Source: Candidatus Omnitrophota bacterium (GTDB taxonomy: Bacteria > Omnitrophota > Gorgyraeia > JAHJTE01). Taken from it: a stretch of DNA of 64,000 nucleotides. Positions 56,253 through 64,000 of the stretch are shown here, one piece after another (the stretch's first letter is position 1; every line of letters starts with the position of its first letter). The translations under genes and the position numbers were made by a program. Below the pieces are notes generated by a model that searched no databases, had not been told where the DNA came from, and was given only the letters and a program-made list of their open reading frames with translations. The stretch spans positions 577,332 through 641,331 of the forward strand of contig JAHJTE010000001.1 in the NCBI GenBank assembly GCA_018830005.1. The letters run 5' to 3'.

Positions 56253-57931
56253 TGAAAGTAGCATTATACACAAGAGTCAGTACTGAGGATCAGGCGCGTG
56301 AGGGGTTCTCGCTTGAGGTTCAGCGGGATTACCTTTTGCAGTATGCCAAGAATTTCGGCTGGGATGTGTTTTGCAGTATGTCCGGCCGGGATATTTATAT
56401 GGATGACGGGTATTCAGGTGGAAACATGGACAGGCCTGCTTTGCAGAGGCTTCTCTTCGACGCTAAGAATAAACAGTTTGATTTAGTGATGGTCTATAAG
56501 CAGGACAGGCTCAGCAGAAAATTAAAGGATCTTTTAGCTTTATTAGAAGAGTTTGAGTCGCTTGGTATTGGCTATAAATCTGCAACCGAGCCTTTTGACA
56601 CTACATCAAGTGCCGGTAAAATGGCAATCCAAATGCTTGGTAGTTGCGCCGAATTTGAAAGGAACCGGCTTGTTGAAAGGGTATTTCCCGGAATGATCGT
56701 AGGCGTAAAGAAAGGCCACTGGCAAGGCGCCAGATATGCCCCATACGGATATAGATACAATAAAGAAATTAAGAAGTTTGAAGTCCATCCAGAAGAAGCA
56801 AAAATAGTTAAAGAGATTTTCTCTATGTATTTAGGCGGCAAAAGTACTTCTCAGATAGCAGGCCATTACTATAATCTGGGCATTGCTTCACGCCAGGGAG
56901 GTAAATTTTACACTAAATTTATCTCATCCATCCTGAAAAGCAAAGCTTATCTAGGCACCCTTGTGTGGAATAAGCGGCGTTATGATAAGAAAGAAAAAAC
57001 AAAAAACGGCGAGGGCAAGGGCTACAAATACGTCAACAATGACCCGTCAAAAATAATTGAAGTCCCGAATTGCCACGAGCCGATTATCTCCCAGGAAGAA
57101 TTTGACCGGGCTCAAAAACTGCTCAAAAGAAACCGCACTAATACCGTAGTCAGGTTCAGAAATAATGTTTATCATTTATCAGGGATATTGAAATGCAACG
57201 AGTGCGGGATGAATTATCGCGGGCTCACATTAACGGTTAATCACCACACAAAAATGAGGCGGCCGTGGTATTGCTGTTCGTCTGTTGGCGTGTCATATAT
57301 CAAATGTAAGAATAAATCCGTTACGGCTGACGCAATCAATAAGCAGGTCTGGGATATCATCGATACTATAAGCAAGAACCTTCATGTAATCGAAGAGCTT
57401 AGCGATATTATCAAGTTAAGCGCTACTGAGCCGGAGCAACATTATATTGAAGAGTTGGAGACAAAAGAAAAGGGCATTAGCAAGAACCTTGAGAAACAAA
57501 AGGCCCTCTATGAGGTATTTTCAGAGGATAAGATTAACATCGATATCTATAAAGACCGGGCCGAGCTGTTAAGGAATGAGGAGAAGAAACTTAGGCAAGA
57601 TGTTAAGGCGATCCAGTTAAGGATCCTTGAGAAGAGGAATGCGGTCAATCTGGTAAAAGCCACGCAGGATTTTCTTTTAAGGTTGAGGAGCAATCCTAAG
57701 GGCGAGCAGATGGATTACCTCATCAAAACGTTTATGAGGATAATATTCAGGGCTATCTATATCCAGAACCAGGAGATTGTCAGGCACGACCTGAATGAGC
57801 CCTGGAAGAGTTGTTATGAAGAGGGGATGAAATGGCTGAAAACGCAGGAAACAGCGCCAATAGAGGCGAAAAAGGCGGAAAAGGCAAGAAGAAGTTACGT
57901 ATACTTTTGCGTACCTTCGGATGTCAAATGA
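56252..57931 (+). CDS. Large serine recombinase (integrase)
   Basis: YTRVSTEDQ catalytic Ser, DDGYSG, RPALQRLL, DRLSR, APYGY recombinase domain, CNECG...C zinc ribbon, coiled coil; last codons run through attR. Confidence 0.95.
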   Translation: MKVALYTRVSTEDQAREGFSLEVQRDYLLQYAKNFGWDVFCSMSGRDIYMDDGYSGGNMDRPALQRLLFDAKNKQFDLVMVYKQDRLSRKLKDLLALLEEFESLGIGYKSATEPFDTTSSAGKMAIQMLGSCAEFERNRLVERVFPGMIVGVKKGHWQGARYAPYGYRYNKEIKKFEVHPEEAKIVKEIFSMYLGGKSTSQIAGHYYNLGIASRQGGKFYTKFISSILKSKAYLGTLVWNKRRYDKKEKTKNGEGKGYKYVNNDPSKIIEVPNCHEPIISQEEFDRAQKLLKRNRTNTVVRFRNNVYHLSGILKCNECGMNYRGLTLTVNHHTKMRRPWYCCSSVGVSYIKCKNKSVTADAINKQVWDIIDTISKNLHVIEELSDIIKLSATEPEQHYIEELETKEKGISKNLEKQKALYEVFSEDKINIDIYKDRAELLRNEEKKLRQDVKAIQLRILEKRNAVNLVKATQDFLLRLRSNPKGEQMDYLIKTFMRIIFRAIYIQNQEIVRHDLNEPWKSCYEEGMKWLKTQETAPIEAKKAEKARRSYVYFCVPSDVK

Positions 57932-58989
57932 ATGTTCGGGATTCTGAGATAATCTCCGGAAGCCTACTCATGAAGGGTTATAAAGTTGTTGACTCATCTG
58001 ATGATGCTGATGTTGTTCTCTTTAACACCTGCTCAGTACGGCAACATGCTGAGGATAAAGTCTGGTCAGAAATAGGCAAATTTAAACACGAAACACGAAT
58101 AATTGGACTCGTGGGTTGTATGGCTGAATACCACAAATTTGATGCATTCAAGAAAGCACCCAATATTGATTTTGTCTGTGGTCCGAATAATATAGCTTCA
58201 ATACCTTCTCTAATTGAACAGGCAAAGGCAGGCAATACTAAAGGTATGGCTATCGGCCAAAAACAACGTGATGAGTTTGCTTATAATACAAATTTTCAAG
58301 CAAAGAAAGACGATTCTTTTGTAGTGATTGCCGAAGGCTGTAATAATTTTTGCTCCTATTGTGTAGTGCCTTTTGTGCGTGGGCGAGAGCGCAGTCGCAA
58401 CCACAAAGATATCTTAAGAGAAATCCAGGCGCTTGTAACTAAAGGTGTTAAGGAAATAACACTTTTAGGTCAGAATGTTAACTCTTATCGTTGGAATGGA
58501 GTAGATTTCTCACAGCTTATGAATATGGTTAGTGGAATAGAGGGTTTGAGGTGTTTTAGTTTTGTTACAAGTCATCCTAAAGATGCCTCGAAAGATATGT
58601 TCGAGATTATTGCTAAATGTAGTAACTTAAAAAAATACCTGCATCTTCCGCTTCAGTCAGCCTCAGACAGAATTCTTAAGCTTATGAATAGAGGTTATAC
58701 CTTAAAAGAATACTTGAAAAAAATAGAAGATTATCGCAAGATAGTAGGAGGAGGCCTAAGTACAGATATCATTGTCGGTTTTCCTACCGAGACTGAAGGA
58801 GATTTTCAAGATACTCTGGAAGTCTTGGAAAAAATAAAGTTTGATAATGCCTACATTTTTAAATATTCTACCCGGCCGCATACTGAGGCTGCTAAATTAG
58901 AAGACGACGTAGGAATGCAAGAGAAAAAGCGCCGGCATAAAATTCTGCTTGATCTGCAAAAGCAAATCTCGAAAAAGAAGAAAATATGA
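57832..58989 (+). CDS. miaB: tRNA-2-methylthio-N6-dimethylallyladenosine synthase MiaB (element-supplied N-terminus, no TRAM domain)
   Basis: TFGCQMNVRDSE, NTCSVR, GCMA, GCNNFCSYCVVP, LLGQNVNSY, DIIVGFP; close to miaA. Confidence 0.9.
   Translation: MAENAGNSANRGEKGGKGKKKLRILLRTFGCQMNVRDSEIISGSLLMKGYKVVDSSDDADVVLFNTCSVRQHAEDKVWSEIGKFKHETRIIGLVGCMAEYHKFDAFKKAPNIDFVCGPNNIASIPSLIEQAKAGNTKGMAIGQKQRDEFAYNTNFQAKKDDSFVVIAEGCNNFCSYCVVPFVRGRERSRNHKDILREIQALVTKGVKEITLLGQNVNSYRWNGVDFSQLMNMVSGIEGLRCFSFVTSHPKDASKDMFEIIAKCSNLKKYLHLPLQSASDRILKLMNRGYTLKEYLKKIEDYRKIVGGGLSTDIIVGFPTETEGDFQDTLEVLEKIKFDNAYIFKYSTRPHTEAAKLEDDVGMQEKKRRHKILLDLQKQISKKKKI
57913..57923 (+). mobile_element. attR core
   Basis: ACCTTCGGATG; encodes T-F-G of MiaB and P-S-D of the recombinase in different frames. 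Confidence 0.8.
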
Positions 58990-59732
58990 AAACATTTTTT
59001 TGTCTATTTATTAGTTATTTTCTGATTCTTACTACTTGTTTATTTGCTCAGGATTTCGAAGAGGCGCAAGTGAGTTTTTTAAAAGGCGAATATAGACAGA
59101 GTATCGAAAAACTGGAGGGGATTCTTGCTAAAGAGGTAGATAGGCCTTCATCGGCAAGGCTTTATTATCTTTTAGGTTTAAGCTATTTAAAAGCAGAAAT
59201 ATACCTAAAGGCAGGCGACTGCTTTGATATTATTGTAAATGAATATAGGAATTCACACTTAGTAGGCCTGGCTTTAATTAAACTTATTGATATTAAGTTT
59301 CTTAAAGGTGATTATATAAGGGCTTTAAATAGCACTGGAGAGCTCTCAGCTAGATTTGTTAGAAGTGAGTTTGAAAGCCCATTACTTCTGCGTCAGTATC
59401 TTTTGAATTTAAAATTAGGAAACTGGAAAGAGGCAAATTCCATTTTAACCCGAATTAGAGAATCATTTCCTGTCAGTCCTGCGATGAAAACAATATTAGA
59501 TGGAAATCTAGCAGTAGATTTTTTCAGCGTCCAGGTTGGTTCTTTTAAGAACAGAAGAAATGCCACGAATCTTTCTCGCCTGCTTAATAGTAAGGGCTTT
59601 GATAGTTTTGTCTTAAAAAACGCTGATTCTTTCTTCCGCGTTAGGGTTGGAAGGCTCGCAACGCTTGAAGCAGCGCAGGCATTGGAGAAGGACTTAATCA
59701 AGCAAGGGTTTATTACAAAGATATACCCCTAA
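58986..59732 (+). CDS. Exported TPR + SPOR domain protein
   Basis: Signal peptide, TPR-like YYLLGLSY, C-terminal FSVQVGSF...FRVRVG. Confidence 0.85.
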   Translation: MKTFFCLFISYFLILTTCLFAQDFEEAQVSFLKGEYRQSIEKLEGILAKEVDRPSSARLYYLLGLSYLKAEIYLKAGDCFDIIVNEYRNSHLVGLALIKLIDIKFLKGDYIRALNSTGELSARFVRSEFESPLLLRQYLLNLKLGNWKEANSILTRIRESFPVSPAMKTILDGNLAVDFFSVQVGSFKNRRNATNLSRLLNSKGFDSFVLKNADSFFRVRVGRLATLEAAQALEKDLIKQGFITKIYP

Positions 59733-59734
59733 AA

Positions 59735-60661
59735 TTGTTAAAAGAGATAAAAAATAAGATTGTCTTCATTCTCGGTCCTACCGCAGTCGGCAAGAGCAGA
59801 ATCGCCTTTGAGCTTGCAAAAAGAATCAAGTCAGAAATAATCTCGGCTGATTCAATGCAGGTCTATAGGCAAGTACCTATTCTGACTTCCTATCCACCAC
59901 CTATAATGTTAAAAAATATTCCACATCATTTGATATCGATTCTAGGGTTAAGCAAAGAATATAATGTAGCTAAGTTTATAAAAGATGCAAAAAGCGCAAT
60001 AAATAAAATAAGCAGAGCTAAAAAGATTCCTTTGGTGGTTGGTGGTAGTGGTCTGTATATACAGGGGCTTTTGGATGGTATCTTTTCCGGTCCGGGTGAA
60101 GATAGGGCCTTAAGAAGACGATTAGAGAAACAAGCTGAAAGATTCGGCAATAACCATGTCTATGAAAAGTTAAGGCAACTTGATCCTGAAACCGCTGATA
60201 GCATTCATCCTAATAACCTAAGGCGAATCATTAGAGCGCTTGAGGTATGTATTAAAAGCGGTAAAAAGATGTCAGAGGTCAAAAAAAAGAAAATTGGTAT
60301 TTTTAATGATTATGATGTGTTGTTAGTAGGCCTAAAACGTGAGCGTAGTCAGCTATATCAGCGTATTGATAATAGGGTTGAGGCTATGTTTAGACAAGGC
60401 GCAGTTTCAGAAGCAGAGAGGGCACTTAAGCATAGATTGAGCAAAACCGCCTTAGGCATAATTGGGATAAAGGAGATTGCTCGTTTTCTTGCTAAAGAGT
60501 ATAATAGAGATGAGGCAAAAAGACTTATAAAACGTAATAGTCGCCATTTTGCCAAGCGCCAGATGAGCTGGTTCAAGCGCGATAAGCGCATAAAGTGGAT
60601 AATGATAAAAGAAGGCGACGCAGATAAGGACATTGTTCAGAAAATCTTAAGCTATATTTAA
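59735..60661 (+). CDS. miaA: tRNA dimethylallyltransferase
   Basis: GPTAVGKS, ISADSMQVY, VGGSGLY, RIIRALEV, FAKRQMSWF. Confidence 0.95.
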   Translation: MLKEIKNKIVFILGPTAVGKSRIAFELAKRIKSEIISADSMQVYRQVPILTSYPPPIMLKNIPHHLISILGLSKEYNVAKFIKDAKSAINKISRAKKIPLVVGGSGLYIQGLLDGIFSGPGEDRALRRRLEKQAERFGNNHVYEKLRQLDPETADSIHPNNLRRIIRALEVCIKSGKKMSEVKKKKIGIFNDYDVLLVGLKRERSQLYQRIDNRVEAMFRQGAVSEAERALKHRLSKTALGIIGIKEIARFLAKEYNRDEAKRLIKRNSRHFAKRQMSWFKRDKRIKWIMIKEGDADKDIVQKILSYI

Positions 60662-60676
60662 TTTGTCATTGACAAT

Positions 60677-61921
60677 ATGGAGCGTTCCTTATTAATCACC
60701 GTTGATTTTAAAAAGCACAGCCACTACAACGTTGAACTGGCAAAGCAGGAGCTGCGTCAGTTAGCCAAGACAGCTTTAGCTACTTCCGCAGCCGAGGTTA
60801 TTTGTCAGCGCGATAAGCCTGATCCAGCGTATTTTTTAGGCAAGGGTAAGGTTGAGGAGCTGGCAGAGTTAATTACAGAGAATCAAATAGATACAGTAAT
60901 TTTTAATAACGATCTTTCCAGCTCTCAGCAGAGGAATTTAGAGGAGAGATTAGGGGTAAAGACAATTGATCGTACGCAGCTTATCCTTGATATCTTTGCC
61001 CAACATGCCAGGAGTCAGGAAGGTAGTCTTCAGATTGAGCTGGCGCAGTTAGAGTATCTTCTGCCCCGGCTTACAGGTAAGGGCACAATGCTTTCTCGTT
61101 TGGGTGGCGGCATTGGGACAAGGGGCCCAGGTGAGAAAAAACTTGAGGTTGACAGAAGAAGGATCCGTCAGCGCATTGGTAAATTAAAGAAGGACTTACA
61201 AGGTCTGCGCACGCATCGGCAGAATCTAAGAAAGAAAAGGCTGAAAGAAACAATTCCTGTGATTGCGCTTGTAGGCTATACCAATTCTGGGAAATCAACA
61301 CTTATTAATACTCTCACTAAAGCTGACCAGGTAGTCAGGGACAGTCTGTTTACTACACTTGATCCTTTAAGTCGTTCTGCTAAATTCAAGAATCATCAAA
61401 AGTTTATATTTTCTGATACTGTTGGTTTCCTAGATAGACTGCCGCATGGCCTGATTGAGGCGTTTAAGGCAACACTGGAAGAGGTGAAGCAGGCGCAGCT
61501 GCTTATTCATGTTTTGGATATTAGTTTTGGCCAATATGCAGAAAGGGCACAGGCAGTCAATAGGGTTCTAGATGAGCTGCAGGTCCAGGATAAGCCTTTG
61601 ATTACAGCTTTAAATAAAATAGATAGATTAGAAGATAGAACCTGGCTTGGCAGGTTAAAAAGGGATTTCAAAAACCCTGTTGCGATATCTGCTGCTTCTG
61701 GCGAGGGTCTGGAAGAATTAAAGGACTTAATTACAGCAGAGTTTAGTTGCAATTTGAAAAATATGAAATTAAGCCTGCCTTTAGATAAAATGCATGTTGT
61801 GGATTTGATTTATCGGGAGGGCAATGTCGAAGATATTCGTTATACCCAGAGAGAGATTGAAATTAATGCGAACTTACCCTTAAATTTAGCGGAGGCATTA
61901 AAGGGATATGAAAAGAAATAA
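60677..61921 (+). CDS. hflX: GTPase HflX
   Basis: LILDIFAQHA, GGGIGTRGPGEKKLE, GYTNSGKS, DTVGF, NKID. Confidence 0.95.
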   Translation: MERSLLITVDFKKHSHYNVELAKQELRQLAKTALATSAAEVICQRDKPDPAYFLGKGKVEELAELITENQIDTVIFNNDLSSSQQRNLEERLGVKTIDRTQLILDIFAQHARSQEGSLQIELAQLEYLLPRLTGKGTMLSRLGGGIGTRGPGEKKLEVDRRRIRQRIGKLKKDLQGLRTHRQNLRKKRLKETIPVIALVGYTNSGKSTLINTLTKADQVVRDSLFTTLDPLSRSAKFKNHQKFIFSDTVGFLDRLPHGLIEAFKATLEEVKQAQLLIHVLDISFGQYAERAQAVNRVLDELQVQDKPLITALNKIDRLEDRTWLGRLKRDFKNPVAISAASGEGLEELKDLITAEFSCNLKNMKLSLPLDKMHVVDLIYREGNVEDIRYTQREIEINANLPLNLAEALKGYEKK

Positions 61922-62513
61922 TTCTTTTAGAGTTAAGATTAAGTGTTTGAATCTTTCAGGATTTACTTTTGTGGAGGCGCTTATTATCTTTGTTGTACTT
62001 TTTATTCTGGTCTTTGCCGGTACCTTAGCCTACATAGACATGCGTGAGAAGGCAAGGAAGGTGCAGGAGGAGGCAATAATTGCTGCAATGCAAACAGGAA
62101 TAAGGAGATATCATTCCCAACACCTTCGTTGGTCTCAATGTCCTCCTCTTATGTCAGAGAGTGATTTTGGACACTGGTGGTTTAATAATCCTCCTGTAGG
62201 CAACGTCTGTACGCAAAGCCAGGATGAAATAGTTATGCCATTTGCCCCTGAGCACAATTTTAATAGTTACGGCATTGGAGACAATTGGGGTACTTGTTTG
62301 AATGATGTTCCAGGCTGTACGACTTTTTGTGGATACTCAATCTATTGTTCGCATATAAGTGATAATGGGATCTCTGCAGATTACTCAAATGGCAACGTTT
62401 GGTATTATTATTTTAGAGATCCGGAGAATGATCCTTTTCCAGCACAAGGGATAATGAAAGACGGTCTTGCAGGGCAGATTATAAAGAATCCAACATGCGG
62501 CGGACACCAATAA
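61908..62513 (+). CDS. Type IV pilin / T2SS pseudopilin-like protein, Cys-rich
   Basis: G|FTFVEAL prepilin cleavage motif plus hydrophobic helix. Confidence 0.8.
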   Translation: MKRNNSFRVKIKCLNLSGFTFVEALIIFVVLFILVFAGTLAYIDMREKARKVQEEAIIAAMQTGIRRYHSQHLRWSQCPPLMSESDFGHWWFNNPPVGNVCTQSQDEIVMPFAPEHNFNSYGIGDNWGTCLNDVPGCTTFCGYSIYCSHISDNGISADYSNGNVWYYYFRDPENDPFPAQGIMKDGLAGQIIKNPTCGGHQ

Positions 62514-62541
62514 TATTCGCTACTCATGAGGGAAGTAAAGT

Positions 62542-63126
62542 TTGCGTTATATTAACATGAGATTGGGAATAAAACATAAAACATTTAATAAAAACAATGA
62601 GCAAGCTTTTACGCTTTTAGAATTAATCATTGCCTTGGCATTATTAGCCATCTTTGCCTCAGCAGCAGTTTCCCGATTTGTTGATCTTGCTAATAAGTCA
62701 CTGGATATTCAGGAGAATGCATCGATGGCTTCGGTGCGCGCAGCAGTACTTGCCTATTATGGTAAGTATGGAGCCCTGCCGCAAACTGCTCCTTTCTGTA
62801 GTGGAACTGCAATATCGCATTGGGGATTTGGTGGCACTATCTATTGTCAGGGTACTATGGAGGAGATGTTGTTAGAAAACCCTCCGGATTGGAAAGAGAA
62901 TTCTTACGGAGATGGCCTTCATCGCTGGGGGATGTGTAACGTGAATTGGGCAGTGGGAAGTTGTCCTGCAGATCCTCATTCTGGTTGGTGGATTTTCTGT
63001 CCGCATGCGACCGATACTAGTGTTACTGCTTGCAATATTTGGTTGCTTTATTTTGGCGGTCCTTGTGCCGGCAGGATTATAAAGAATCCGGGCGGTCCAT
63101 ACGGAAGCTGTCAGGGGCATATGTAA
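62542..63126 (+). CDS. Type IV pilin / pseudopilin-like protein, Cys-rich
   Basis: A|FTLLELII motif; start uncertain. Confidence 0.85.
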   Translation: MRYINMRLGIKHKTFNKNNEQAFTLLELIIALALLAIFASAAVSRFVDLANKSLDIQENASMASVRAAVLAYYGKYGALPQTAPFCSGTAISHWGFGGTIYCQGTMEEMLLENPPDWKENSYGDGLHRWGMCNVNWAVGSCPADPHSGWWIFCPHATDTSVTACNIWLLYFGGPCAGRIIKNPGGPYGSCQGHM

Positions 63127-63160
63127 AATTAATGACAAGTATTTTTTTAAAACTAGTAAG

Positions 63161-63703
63161 ATGAGAGCGATAATAATACAGCCTGTTCTTATCAAAAATA
63201 ATAAAAATGCCTTTACGCTTTTGGAGTTAATCATTGTTTTGGCATTATTAGCTATAGTTGTTTCTGCTGCTGTTGCCAGATTTGTTGATGTAGCTAGTAG
63301 GTCACTGGATATTCAGGAGAATGCAACAATAGCTGCTTTACGTTCAGCAATTTTGTTGTATCGGGCTGATACTGGAAGTTGGCCAACTTGTCCTCCTTTT
63401 ATGGATGATGCAGATGTTAGCGGAGCTGCTTGGAATTGGTGGATGGATCAAGGTTGTGGTTTTGCCCGAAGTGCAAATGAAGTGATGATGCAGAATTCTC
63501 CGCCACATGCTTGGAATTCTTATGGCGGGGCAGGTAAATGGGGTATATGCAAGAGTCCGGGTACATGTTCAGGGGCAGCGTGTGTTTATCAAATCTGGTG
63601 TCCACATGGTAGTTTAGGACCGCCAAAGACTGGCAATTACTGGGAATATAATGTTAGTACTGGCAGTTTAGTAAAGGACCCTACTTATCCTGGTCATCAA
63701 TAA
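63161..63703 (+). CDS. Type IV pilin / pseudopilin-like protein, Cys-rich
   Basis: A|FTLLELII motif; N-terminal region near-identical to the preceding paralog. Confidence 0.85.
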   Translation: MRAIIIQPVLIKNNKNAFTLLELIIVLALLAIVVSAAVARFVDVASRSLDIQENATIAALRSAILLYRADTGSWPTCPPFMDDADVSGAAWNWWMDQGCGFARSANEVMMQNSPPHAWNSYGGAGKWGICKSPGTCSGAACVYQIWCPHGSLGPPKTGNYWEYNVSTGSLVKDPTYPGHQ

Positions 63704-63776
63704 TTTATGTATCAACTAAGGATATGAGCTATTCTTAAAATGCATTTGAGGCAAGAGTATTTTTTTTGTTTATTTC

Positions 63777-63803
63777 TTAGCGCTCTTTTAATAAGAGTGC
63801 TAA
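63777..63803 (+). promoter_or_regulatory. CIRCE operator (HrcA site)
   Basis: TTAGCGCTC-N9-GAGTGCTAA, one mismatch to TTAGCACTC-N9-GAGTGCTAA. Confidence 0.9.
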
Positions 63804-63920
63804 ATTTATGTTATCTTGGGATAAAACTGATAGGATTTAAAGCACTTATGAAACATTGACAATTGAAAAAAATGTGGTAATATATGCTTTTGGCTTTTTG
63901 GGCTTAATTAGCGGAGAAAC

Positions 63921-64000
63921 ATGCGTACAGTTGATAGTAAGGCAAGAAAAAGAGAAATATTGCTTGAGACAATAAACGAATATATATCAAGCGCAACCCC
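63921..64000 (+). CDS. hrcA: Start of heat-inducible repressor HrcA (partial)
   Basis: GGAG RBS; MRTVDSKARKREILLETINEYISSATP resembles the HrcA N-terminus; upstream CIRCE and TTGACA at 63856. Confidence 0.75.
   Translation, partial: MRTVDSKARKREILLETINEYISSAT

Larger units (their letters stand above)
15299..57923 (+). mobile_element. ~42.6-kb integrative element (serine-recombinase, phage-satellite-like) inserted in the 5' end of miaB
   Basis: 8-bp direct repeat TTCGGATG at both ends; terminal large serine recombinase; primase, cos-like site, TerS-like gene; resistance and defence cargo. Confidence 0.8.

Noticed and set aside
49895-57931. Intact prophage or conjugative ICE
   Set aside because: No structural, lysis, TerL, relaxase or T4SS genes recognisable
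60661-60677. hfq expected between miaA and hflX
   Set aside because: Only 15 bp separate the genes; absence of hfq is common in many lineages
37-63626. Numerous minus-strand and nested ORFs in the track
   Set aside because: They shadow well-supported + strand genes and have no motifs; no credible minus-strand gene found

Overview
Bacterial window with essentially every real gene on the + strand; gene style suggests an uncultured anaerobe such as Ca. Omnitrophota (inference). The right end (57.8-64 kb) is core genome: miaB, SPOR/TPR protein, miaA, hflX, three Cys-rich pilin-like paralogs, and CIRCE + start of hrcA. The region from ~4.5 kb up to miaB is an accretion island at the 5' end of miaB. 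A 42.6-kb element (15299-57923) ends in a large serine recombinase that overlaps miaB and supplies a replacement miaB N-terminus. It has a phage-satellite-like core (DnaG-type primase with iteron-like repeats, lambda-like cos signal, Nu1-like small terminase, Xis-like HTH, no capsid/TerL/conjugation genes). Its cargo is fluoride export (riboswitch-crcB), a full Pho/Pst cluster, an ars cluster and a defence block (AbiE-like TA, type I RM, Sir2-HerA, unknowns). Main observation: five att-like scars (cores at 4517, 5794, 7180, 11355, 15299) share one layout, a short miaB 5' end (complete with start codon in four; ..K/R-T-F-G or a variant) fused to a homologous ~20-codon tail in the recombinase reading frame. 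They split the upstream DNA into integrase-less 1.3-4.2 kb gene cassettes. This suggests an integron-like, serine-recombinase-driven cassette array at miaB in which the recombinase gene is split by its own attP.
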